DNA of 64,000 bases from assembly GCA_964057225.1 (NCBI GenBank), contig OZ059894.1:14632001-14696000 (forward strand). The letters are read 5' to 3'. The stretch's first letter is position 1, and each line of letters begins with the position of its first letter. This DNA is from Auanema rhodensis. Its lineage: Eukaryota > Animalia > Nematoda. The notes beneath the pieces were generated by a model, which made no database searches, was not told where the DNA came from, and worked only from the letters and a program-made list of their open reading frames with translations. Both the position numbers and the translations under genes were made by a program. This document shows positions 25,356 to 37,943 of the stretch, piece after piece.

Positions 25356-28300
25356 TACGTAGACATATACTTTTATGTCCAATTCATGACAAAACTTTCT
25401 TTTGATGTTATCAAAAAAATTTGAAATGTCTATAAAGTGCAAATATGGTGCTGATCAAAGTAATGAAACATCAAAGCTTGGTAATTTCATTGTTCATATC
25501 CCATATATAGTGTGTTTATTTTTTTTTCCAAATTGTTTCCGCTACTCAATTCATTCATACGAATTTCGTTAGAGAAAGAGCCAAAAGCTTCAGGTGATCA
25601 AATAATTAAAATAATCGTTCAAATGTTAAATGAACTCTATTCATAAAGTTCATAATCCTAATGGTCAATAGATTATGAAAATATGTGTGAGAAATAGAGG
25701 GAATCATCTTGAAAAGACAATAAAATCAAAAAAAGTGAAAATGAGTACTGATGTATCGAATAGAAAATGATTCAACACATTCAAGTCCTGTCATCTATAT
25801 ATCTATTTTTTCTTTAAATCGCGCAAATTTTACGGAAAAAAAAGAAAATTTTTTTTTCACAATTCGAGAAGTGTGGAAAAGAGAATTTGAACAATTAGTG
25901 ACCGCTGTTGTCGGTTATATGCAATTTCAGGAGAGAAACAAGCCACACCAGATGATATGCACCACTTGTCCATTTGCCCTTCTGGTCTTTTGGTTTATCT
26001 GTTTAACACTCGGATGAGTATTCATTTAGATTTTCATCAATTGTTCTTCTGTTTGGTGATACTATAATGAAAGCAAGATATAAGTTGAATGAGAGAAGAA
26101 GACATATTAGAAATTAAAATAATTAGATATATAAATATAATTAAAATTTAAAAAAAAAGTTGATTAAAGAACGAATTATTTAAAAGAATCAATATAATTT
26201 TTCTTTATTAATGGGAAGGTTTAAGATAAAACCTGTGTACTTTAAAGTTTCATTTTGTAGTTGGATTTTACTACACAGAACGTGTTGTGATTAAGTTTAC
26301 AACCTTAATGCAAAAGGTTGAAAGTCAAAAGTTTGATCAGATATTAAAACTCTACTATTTTAGGAAATTCCTTAATAAATAAAAAAAAAGTATAAAGGTC
26401 AAAATTGCAAACAATAAGATAATAATTATTTGTTATCAATATATATTATTATATTTATATATATATTTACATAAATATTCTTTTATTATATGTTCAAATA
26501 TAGTATTTTACATATATATAGTATACATATGTAAAAATTTATATTTTATTATGATTAACTGATAAGAAAAAGATGAAAAAGTTAATCAATAATAATGCTT
26601 ATTATTTGTTTCCAATTATAGGTACAATATCAGTGAGAATAAAAAAATATATATCAAAATGAATTAAAATGCTGATTGAAATAGATTAAACTTAATGAAG
26701 AGACTATCTTATATTTGGGGGGTGGTGGTGATGGCGGTGGTGGTGATGATGGCGGTGTTAATAAGATTTCAAATAATAATATTACAAACAAAACAAATTG
26801 GAAGTGCTACTGTCCTTGGGGAAAATATACATTCAGGTTGATGATAAGGTAAGAGCTGAGACATTACAGCGTAAGTTCTATTTCTCTATTTTTTCTCGTT
26901 TTAATTCTGTTCTAGAGTTGAGCTAGTCGTACGATTGACCTAGACTCTAGAACTTTCTTTTTTTTAAAACAAAGAAATAAATCAATGTTTTGTATTAAAA
27001 AGAAAAAAGAAAGAATTTTTTTTTCGTTAAATAAACTTTAAAATGATTGAAAGTAATAACAGTTCCATAATGACTATTTGAAAAAAACGAATAGAACGTC
27101 ACTCAACTATACTAATTATATTTAATATTTAATGGAAAAATAATTTATATATTATGTGATTGCCAGAGTTTTAAATATTGAACACTTACAAGTAATTAGC
27201 ATATTATACGTAATATGCTAGAACGCGTACGTGACGAGTCATGATGATGCAGGAGCTTTGCATTCATTTAAATGACCACATGCTTACGGATCGGTTGAGT
27301 ACTTTTCTCTCATCATCATTCTTAACCTCATCTTTCCTATCTTTTCAATCTCTTCGTTTTTCATTTACCATCAGTATTCTATCCTCTTGTTCTCTTCAAT
27401 AACAGAGAAATGAACTCTGTTAATGTTTCTGTTTCTGCAGACGACATCACAAAATGGTGAGAAGAAACCCTGCACATTGGAGTCAGAGAACAAAAAAGAA
27501 AGGATGTGCCAAGCTGATGGCGACCACCATTAGTCTAGCAAATAAGCTGCAAAAGTCAGAAAAAAACACAAGATGAACAGGACAAACTTTCAATAAATTG
27601 TTGTCTCGCAGATCTTTTTCATTATATTCAATTAAATTGTATTTTTTCTATATTCAGTACAGCAGTGAAGAGAGAAAGAGAGAAAAAGAATGAAATATAA
27701 TCTCTTCTTTAAACCCAAATAGACTATGAGTATCAGAAATTTAACCCAATATTGCCATAGATGCTAATCAAAAGACAAACTATGTATCAAGACACATTTT
27801 CAACCAAATTTCTTATCTATTCTTGATGGTTCGTTGAAAATGACACACATACATGAACATGAAAGGTGGAACAAATTCGAAAATTTAATTTTCTGCCACA
27901 CAACTATGATGAAAAAAACTTTTATATATATATAAGAATTGAAGGTATTTGATTGAATGTGACGAATAAAGATATTAAAAAAGATTTTTTTCTTTGTTTT
28001 GTTAATATGTTTCATGTTTACAAAAGAAAAATGTTCTATATATTTGGTCATAAAAAAACTTTTTTTCGTTGTTTTGGAAATGAAGGAAAAGAAAACAAAA
28101 ATTAACAGTGTTGATCTTAAAAAATCCGAAGCGCCACGTGTTGAGATCATATTTCAAGAAAAAACGATATTAAGGAATTTTCGAGAAAACTACCAGAATA
28201 TTCTGCATGTGTGTGTGTGTGTGTGAAGAGAAAGGATGCTTTGATAAATATTAAGATAATAAATTATTGTTGATATAATTAAAGAATTTAATAGAATATT

Positions 28301-28524
28301 ATTAATAGTATATCTATTACTTTTAAATAGAATGGAATGTTAAATGTTAAGTATAGAAAACACTTTATATAAATAGATCAACAAGTCATTATTGAACTTT
28401 TAAGGCAGCATTGCAAAAAATTCTCTTTCAAAAACATTTTTTTATATTAAATTGTTATAAAACATTTTTCTTTTTATTTAATTAATATTAATTATTGTTT
28501 AATGAAAAATTTAAAATATCTTAC

Positions 28525-28666
28525 CTGGTATTATGGAATGCGATGATTTGTGACATGTCTTGTTCTTTGAAGTTGTTGTTGAATTTGGATTGATCCAATG
28601 ACTGATTGCTAGTGGCTTATCCCGTTTGGGGAACCCGGAATATTTCGGATTCCTCTCCTCAATCAT
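28525..28666 (-). CDS. Probable distal first coding exon of the Smaug/SAMD4 gene (MIEERNPKYSGFPKRDKPLAISHWINPNSTTTSKNKTCHKSSHSIIP)
   Basis: Acceptor ctttcag sits directly before the ATG. The exon is 142 nt, only one frame is open, and it ends at a strong donor CAG|gtaaga in phase 1. That matches the phase-1 start of exon 5289 (G+AT = Asp). Joining implies a 23.2-kb intron (5290-28524) and a 597-aa protein. The link is inferred from phase, strand and splice signals, not from homology. Confidence 0.65.
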
Positions 28667-31600
28667 CTGAAAGTATATTCTGTTGAATCATTTCAAAAAT
28701 AAAAACATCATGTTAAAATGACTTCCGGTCACAAAAAAAAATTTAAAAAATCATTAATGGGCAAAAACAATTAGCAAATTAAAAAAAAAATTAATCAAAA
28801 CTTCAAAGATTATTCAGTTATATACACATGTATAACGGTGTGTACATATGTCTCTATACCGTAGACAGCAGTAACAAGGATGTGATGCTGAGAAAGCAAC
28901 AACTGAACTGTTGTGCTTCGAGAGAAAGAGTGGGGGGTAGGGGAGGCACACACACAACATACATACACGCACACACATGGGGGGTGGATGGGATGATGAT
29001 GATGATGGCGGTGGTGGTGATGTTGGTGCTGGTGGACTAGTGACCGAAACAGAGAGAGCCAAAGCAAGCTGTAACACAGCAACTCCTATGACATCATATG
29101 AGGAGTTTCTGTGCATGTGTGTATGTAGAAATGGATCATAATCAGATGAAGAAAGGTCATGAAACTCAGTTAATTCTTCAAAGCGACAGTTTTTTGAATA
29201 CAAATATCAAGTGTATGAAACATAAAGAGCTGACGAAGATCGTTTGTTTATAACGTATAAATCTTGTAGATATTGGGGAAATACCTACATCTCTATCAAT
29301 CAAATAGCTCATCAGATAGTTGCGAATTCCAACAAGCTGAAAACTTATCTGGGTCCGAACAGTTTTTTTCCCATTTTCGAACGGATAGAGAGTTGAAAGA
29401 TGGTGGAAAAGTATTGAGCGGGTGTAAAGAAATGGTGATGTTTCTGCTTAGGATCGTTAGAGGTGGTTGAAAAAACCAGCCCCTGGCACCCTAGATACCC
29501 CCAACGGTATAGGGCCAGACAGCCCACACAGATGCACGGACGACACAACTGGAGAGAAAACGGCCGACAATGACGTTGACGGCGTATAGAGGATTCTTGC
29601 AAGTGATAAACGAACAAGTTATATCTTTGCAGATTTATGAACCTGCCAAGAGAATGCAGTATGTACCGAAGTCTCGAAAGAATAAAGAAAGAGCTGAGAA
29701 ATGGAAGCTACTGTTCACGGCGTCTACTTGAAAAGAAATGACAAGTTTACGTTAACGTTGAATTGTTAGCGTGACTCACGTTAAAAATTTGAATATTTTA
29801 AAATAATTCGTCAATAACGTTTAGTAAAGGACAACGACGAAGAAAAAAATGCGAAGTAGCAATGAAAGGAAAACGAAAGGAAAATAAAGAAAAACATGTT
29901 GGCTTGGCAGTTCAATCAGATCAAAGAGATCGTGTGAAAAGATGCGCCTTGAAGCTCTAAAGGTTTTGCATCATTTCTAAGCAGCATCCCAGTCATATTG
30001 CTTGAGATGAATAATATCAGGTAAAAAGTATCAACAATTGAACAAAATCACTGTTCTACGTCGAACGATACACGTCTACATGTCCATGTTGCCGGTCCGG
30101 ACACGACAAATCCATAAATTGATGTCAGTGAGCGGGGGCTCGTTTCTCAATGCCGTTGGACAGTGGTGTTTGTATCGACAATGGTTGTTGCGAATAGGTG
30201 GCTAGCAAAAAAAATGGTAAGAATCAGACAACTAATGACGTCGTCGACGACGAGGACGACGTCTGATGTGCAGCATGGTGTGCGTTGCTGTTATCGCTCG
30301 ACTTCGAACACAACAACGATGCGGTGGTCGTCGGAGACAACGAAGAAGATGTCGAACGACTAAACACAAAACGATGAAATGGGAGAGTTGCTGAAAGAGA
30401 ATGAGATAAAGAGAGGTACGCCGAAAGAGAGAGAGAGAGATAGAAGAAGAGAGAAAGAGATATAAATAAGATATAAGAGACAATACTGTTGAATAAAGCG
30501 AACGGATTGATGAGAACAAAAAAAATTGGCTAAGGCATTATGTTCTTCAAATTGCAGATTATAATAGACGAAGGACATGACCAGTCGTTTTTTCAAGCCA
30601 GCTGTCTCTCAGGCTCATGTCAGCTTATGGTCATTTTTGGCAGAAATGTGATTATGGAAAATCGGACTGGAATCCTGAAAAACGCCCCACCTACGGTAGT
30701 TCATTATATTCAAATTTTTTAGTTTGAAGGGATTGTCCTCCGGAGGAGAGAGAGAGCGGGGGGGGGGAGAGAACAGGGAGCAGGGAAAAGATTCATATGA
30801 AGAGACAGAGCTCTTTATGAATGAATAGTTCTGATTAAAATTATAAGCTAATTTTTATAAAGTACAACATAACATTTTCCTTTTAGTTATTTAAATTTAA
30901 TTTTTGAATATAAAACTTTATTGAAAACTCAATCATTGTGTTGAATGGCATAGGATATATCAAAAGATCATGAGATCAGGAAAAAGAGCCTACACCTCTA
31001 TTGCTCATCTCTTTTTTCTTTCTTTTTTTGAAAGTATAAAAGAAATAAAAATAAAAGAAAGCTAAATGATAAAAAAAACAAAAGAAAGATGATGAAGATG
31101 ATGGAAAGAAGACTGATCACGTCTATGGAATCGAACAGTTAGGTATTGGGGGTCAGAAAGTACAACCTGGAGACAATGCCAAAACTACAGTAACCAATAA
31201 GGTTGTATTTTGAAAACGGAAACTCCAGCTAAGAGAACACGAATACGAAGAGGAAGAAGAAGAAGGAGAAGGTGAAGGCGATGAAGATATAGAAGAAAGA
31301 GCTCAGACACACAGCTGGTTCATGTCGACAAGTTTCGTTTTCTTCCGGCGAGTGAGCTGAACACTGCAGAGGAAGGACGGTAAGGAGAGAATGTGAGCGA
31401 GAGGAAAACAAGGAAGATATAGAGAAAATGAACCTAGAGGGAGAATGGGAAGAGATAGAGAGAAAAGGAGGAAGAGAGATTGATTGTAGAAAACAGGGAA
31501 ATTAATAGAAAATGATGATGGTTGTTAGACAAAGGGAGAAAACCTCAAGTTGTTGTTCGGCAAGTGAACTTTTGATCTGAATATCTCTAGATTATTGTAA

Positions 31601-32157
31601 AATCAGAAATATTTAGTTGTTAAAATAAAAATATTATATATATATTATGAATTTCTAAACAATGCGGTAAAACTGAACCAAGCAACATAATTTGGAGCTA
31701 TTTCATGATAAGCTGTTCAATCTCGCACTGTAATCAAAACGCTACTGTTCATAATGTTGCAAACTTTCAGACTTAGGTTTGATGTTTCTTCCCTACTTGC
31801 CATCATTAATAGCTTGTAATACTATCTTTATCACCTATCTGTACTAATTGCTTTATCAAAATTATTTTCGATAATAGATATCAGGACCGCATCGTTAACT
31901 GAAACATAACAGAGTGTAGAGAAGTTTCACGATACCTATAAGGAGGGACTGTGCCTACAGCTTAAATTTATAAAAAGATCATTATCGAATATGAAAAGCT
32001 GAATATGTAATTTGAATCGTATTTCTAGTCTGATATCAAACGATAACCGTAAGATAGATTGTTCACATAGTTTATAAGAATTTCTTAACCAGGAAATAAA
32101 TGCTGCTTCTGACTGATTTCATGGGGATTTCGACGATATACTCTCAATCATTCACTA

Positions 32158-32225
<68 letters not shown>
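32158..32225 (+). repeat. (CT)n microsatellite
   Basis: ~68 bp CT dinucleotide array with two TT interruptions. Confidence 0.95.
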
Positions 32226-32986
32226 ACCATTTTTAGCCAATCTCTTTCACCTTTTATCGCTTTTCATAACAATCATTGATGACAAGTTGCGAACTATTCG
32301 GAAAATTTGATATTTATTCAATTCAGGTGTTAACAATTTATTTTGCAATGTTATTCGCAAATAAAGTGCAAAATTGATTTGCAATAACTGCACTTATAAT
32401 GGATTATGCTAACAAAAGGTTGACACAGTAAACCATCTTTTTCTCTCTAAATCATAGTTTTCCTGAATCTTTTCACTTATTCTTCCTCTATTCTCTCTTT
32501 TCCTCTTTTGATCTCTTTTCTCTTTCTCTCTCCCACAATCAGTTTTGGAATATATCTTTGTTTTCCTTTTTTTATTAAGGTGAAAAGACATAATATCTCC
32601 TCTCTATCACTTATATGTATGAATGTGAACCAGCATGCTTATTGATGCTCGAATGTATGAACACATGTTTGTTGGATCAGCTAGTAGTTAGATGGCCATA
32701 CATACATATAAGCTCCGAATTTCAAGGGATCCGAGACTAACGGAGATTAAATTCTGCCTCAAGGAGATCCAATGATTTTATCCTAATCTTTCCTCATTTC
32801 ATTCTTAAATGCACATGTTTGGCCTAAAACAAAACTTTTTGAGCTTCGGTCAACAGTCAGTTTCAATGTTGCAAATGTCTAAGCCTTCAATAGTGTCAGG
32901 ACCAAAGTCTAAATATATGTATCTATTTCACAAAAAAGTTGTAATGAAATATTGATTAAGTATTATCTTTTATTGTTAAAAAATAA

Positions 32987-33274
32987 GGCTCTTCTTTACA
33001 ATACCCCCCCACCCTTTATACGTAATTACGTATATTTTTTGTTGGAAAGTTCAAATTATATTCTTCGTGTATAAGATAGTTGAGTATATATTAATTAAAA
33101 GGTTGGGAGCAATTCTCCAGAAAAAAGGAAATACAAGATTTAAGATTAAAATGTTTCATTAATATGTTAATTTGACCTTTTTTTATTATAAAGGTTATGG
33201 CTTTTGCTTGATAAATATTAATTTTAGATTACTGTAAACAATTTCAATTGGGGGGAGTATTGTAAAAAAGTGCC
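32987..33274. mobile_element. Putative MITE (288 bp, PIF/Harbinger-Tourist-like termini)
   Basis: Left end GGCTCTTCTTTACAATACCCCCCC versus reverse complement of right end GGCACTTTTTTACAATACTCCCCC: 21/24 identical. AT-rich non-coding interior. Flanks TAA|GGC...GCC|AAA give an imperfect 3-bp TSD. Confidence 0.5.
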
Positions 33275-36200
33275 AAAAACAAATTATATGAAAGTTAATA
33301 AGATATTACCGTATTATTAATTTTATATTTATTATTTCTACTATACTATATATATTGGAACATTTTATGTTTTTGAGTCTTTCTGAACTTTTCTTCTAGC
33401 ACTTTTTAGTCTATTAGATAATTGTGACGAAGACATACTTAAACATCTCTCATCCCAACTGTTCGCATCTGAGTAATGACTAGGTGTGAATGACTGAAGT
33501 CAGCAAACGATGTTTGATTATTAAAAAGAGGAAAAAGATTGTGAAGAAGGATATGAACGATTTCAAATTTCATTGATATGAGCTATGAGATACAAGCATG
33601 TTATTTCCATTTTGAGCATTAACAAAGAAGAAGTTTTACATTTTCTCTTTATTAAATACCTCTTTATGAATTTCATCTTCTTCATCTCTCATTTTAGCTT
33701 TATAGATTTCTTTTCAAGGCCAAACTTTGATAAGACAGTGAAATCTTTATCGGTGCATTTATCGCATAAAAATGTTGCGGTTGAATAGTTTTCACTCTCG
33801 ATCTCCAACTTCCAGGCTTCTCATCATTTTGAAAATACTATCAGCGAAAAGAAATTATTATATCAAAATTAGAATTTTAATTACCAATCAATCTATTTTT
33901 TTCACTTTTTCATTTATTTTCAAATCAGAAAAAAAAGGTGAAAAGACAAAGCAATCAAAGTAATTAGAGAGCTGCAAAAAAACATCAATAAATCATATTC
34001 CGTATTATTTTTTCTTTGTAACTATTCTTTTTTGATTTTTTTTTCAAAAAATATAATCTTCAATGGCCCATTAGATTGATGATACCTTTTTGACATTTTT
34101 TTGGTTTAAAATTTCTATTTTTCTTTAAGAAAAACACAATGAATTAGATGTGTGTTGAGTTGAATGACATTGCACTAACTAGCGTTACTATATCCATATA
34201 ATTACGAAACTAATCGAATGAAGAAGAAACATTACGTCTCAGTTGAGATACACGGACGTATTGATGACAATATAAGAATTGATTTCAGTATTACCATCAA
34301 CAGTTTCAATGAAATGTTGACGAAAGTTGTTCTGATTGGTCATTACTCTCAATCTTAATGCTCTTTTCCTACTATCTATCTCCTCTAAACTAGTGGTTAA
34401 TCTCTTTTTCTCTTTTTTCTTTTCCCTCTCTTAAGTACGTAATGCACTACAGTTTATAACTCTCCTTCAAACTCTAACATTATGATATATTGAAAAAACG
34501 AATGGCACTGATCATTACGGACTTTTCTACGAGCAATAATCAGTATGAGAAGACTTTTTTTTGACGGTTTTATGATGAGATTGGGTTAAAAAAGAAAATC
34601 AAACAATGAGCCATTCGTAATATTAAGATATGAACTTGTAAAGTATGAGGAAGGGGGGAGAAGAGTAGGGGAGGGGACCACAGCTAAGTGACCATATTGT
34701 TTCAAAATTTTATGAAAATAAAGAAAACTCCACTGATTTCTAGACATAAACAATGATACCATATGATGATGATGCTGATGATGTATATACTATAACTTTG
34801 AATTACAGTCTTTTGGAGTTGATACTTAATGAAATGATGTAATATGATATTCTTTGTTATATCTCTATCTATATTAGCCTATTATATATTATAAAGAATA
34901 TATAAAATATTATAAATATAATCTAAACTGTCTGAGTTTTTGATAAATGATGGTTTTAATGAAAATTTATTAGTTTTTATAATAAACAAAGGAAACGAAG
35001 GGAAACATGCTTTAATAGAAATTAACAGAAATCCAAGAAGAATTATAAAAGAAAAGAAATCAGGGACAAATATCTTTTTTCTTTTTTTTTGTGAAAAAGG
35101 CAATCAGAGAGGGAGAGAGAGAGAGAGGGAGGGAGGATAGAAAATGTTTAGCTCAAAGAGATTTTTTTGTTTTAATTTTACACGATGAAGTACGAAAGCA
35201 CTATAGAAGATTAAAAATTATTTTGATCATCCGATTTTTAAAATAAAAAAAAATTAATCGATAGTGTGGTTCAAACTTATAATATAATTTTTATGAAATT
35301 TTATCAGCATATAATGAATATATGTATTTCATATATATTAATTCATAAATAGTATGAGCAACAATACTATTATTTGTTATTTTTCTAATAAAAGGTCAAG
35401 ATTTCATGAAAGCATTTCATGAAATAGGGTAAATTGTTTCATTTCACAGGTGTTTAATCAAAAACATAAAAAAAATAATATAATAGCTTGAAGTAAGGGG
35501 ATGAGAAGGGGGAAGAACGAGAAGATTTACAGTTGCTCAAACAGGATGGCTCAACCCTGAGTCATTTTGATGAATCGTTTCGATTTGATTTAAAAATAGT
35601 TATATAGAAATAATTAAACTGTTATTAGCTTTCATTCATTGAAATTATAATTTTAATGATGAGGGATCTATAGTAATTATAAATAAAATATATTATTAAT
35701 ATTATTATTTATATATAAATAAATATAATAAAATAAAATAAATTTAAAATAATGCAACCAACTAATTGATTATTTATAATAAAAATGATGATAAATAGAA
35801 TTTTAATATTTTTAACGTGAAATATGTACGTGAATCTACATACACGCGAATATTCATTAGAATATTGAAGTGTTATTATAAGCACGTGAAATGATTATGC
35901 TCAATCATAATGTTGTAACAACACTAGATAATGATGTAATACATATAGGTCAAGCATTTTTAATTATATTATACATATACATATATAATAGATGATTAGA
36001 TATACATATATATATAAATTTTAATATTATTGATTGATAATTGATATAATAAATATAACTATACGGTATAGTGTATGTATATTATTTCTTGATATGGTAT
36101 TTGAATTCAGATTTATGAACTTTGATGTTGTTTAGTGACCAAGTATACATCTATTCTTCAACATTCCCTATCATTAACCCTTTCAATAGTTTAGTTTATT

Positions 36201-37861
36201 GAATTTTAATTTTGAAAAAAGTTGGAAAATGTGTTCAAAGCCTTGTTCGAGCAAAAATCATTACATCTCTATATGTGTTCCTTGTAAAAAAAATCATGAA
36301 AATTCAACTTTCAACAGAATAATTGAAATATGGTGTAGCATAACCATTATAAAAACTTTTTGTGTGCTCAGTATAATCGCAAAATTAACTATTCTATATA
36401 TAGTAACTATTGGAATTAAAAAAAATATTAAATAAAATATGAAAAAAAAATTAAATATTTGACTAACCATATTTGATAATAGGCAATATAAACTTGTATT
36501 CATCCAATGGCAACATAAAGTTGTATGAAAATCAGCAGGATACCTGAACTCTCCACCAAATATTCCTTGATCTGCACCTCAACACATGAAAATTGGATTT
36601 TGCTAAAAGTGATCTTTACAATAGATATGAGATAAATATAAGCAATTTTAAAAAGTATATCAAGCTATAGATAAATATGATGGAAAATAGAAAAATTGAA
36701 TATACATATGCGTGAATATACATACAGAGAGAGAGGGGAGGGGGCGAGGTAGGGAGAGAGGAAAAAATGGAAAAGATTCAGATTCAAGTGTCAAAGCAAC
36801 ATGTTATCAAATCCTAAGAATGATTTACATGATGTTGCCTTAATGAGAGAGAACAATGTAAAACAAAGCGAAGGATTGCTTGCAAAGAAATTTCCAAACA
36901 ACATGTTTTCAATTGACAAAAAAAAATTTAAAAAACGTTGAAAGAAAAAGAAAAGATTTCGATAAAATAACAAAAATTAGACAGTGATTATGTGTGAGAA
37001 TAAGACGTATCAGAGAATTTATCCTGGGGGATTAGTTCGATTGGAATACAATGTGTGAGTAACCTGATGAATGAATTGGAGATTGCATATATGAGGCGGA
37101 TAAGCTAGACATATTGGTTCCAATCTCACAGCTTTTAAAGATTTTCTGGCACATTAACAGTCTATTAACACAAAAATTGGATAAAAGTTTGATTTGGAAG
37201 CATTTTACAGGACAAGAAAAGTTTGTTACAATGTGAATCGTTGAAATAGTATTTGGAAACCTAAGAATGATACTGTGAATGTATAAAGAAATTTCATTCT
37301 TTGTTCATACATCCTCTACTGATAAACATAAAAACTTCTTTTTTTTTGTTTCCAGAATCCTAGACTATCAATTGATGTTCATTTATGTTGACGTCGGGCT
37401 GATAGTTCACGGTAGAATTTGTAAGGTATATTTCATTCAAATTAAACGAGATATTTGAAGAAAAGGAGGGGGGACGGGGAGAAGGTGAGAAGATTGCTGA
37501 GGAAGCAGCCGGTTAATGAATCGTATTCATTCAGTAGCAGTAGGTCTCATCATTTAAGGATGACGACCACACAGGTAGTCTACATCAAGGAGGATAGAGC
37601 CATAAATCAGTTGAAATACATAAAAGAGCCTTTGGTGGTCTTTCTATCCTTTTGTTTCTATTGTATCTCTTATTTACTTTGACTCTCTCTCTCTCTTTTC
37701 CTTTTTTCTTGTTCTTATGTCTCTTTAAGAAATAAGAAAGAAATAAAATTCAGATGAAAGATTGTTGAAACATTAATGGCAACATGCTGATGAAATGGCA
37801 GAAAAATTATATTTTTTCTTGAATTTCTGTATATGACTTTAGACTATAGACTAGAAATAAT

Positions 37862-37885
37862 TCTCTCTCTCTATCTCTCTCTCTC

Positions 37886-37943
<58 letters not shown>
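37862..37943 (+). repeat. (CT)n microsatellite
   Basis: ~80 bp imperfect CT array. Confidence 0.95.

Noticed and set aside
26909-26953. Inverted repeat GTTCTAGAGT/ACTCTAGAAC
   Set aside because: Only 10 perfect bp with an irregular interior; too short to support a pre-miRNA or MITE call.
28810-29203. His/Pro-rich ORFs (HHHH, PPPP)
   Set aside because: They arise from (GAT)n/(GGT)n and (CA)n simple repeats just upstream of the distal Smaug exon.
34498-34545. AATGGCACTG...ACGG resembling miR-228/miR-183 family
   Set aside because: Only seed-level similarity. The local stem is ~10 bp and does not pair the seed region as a pre-miRNA would.
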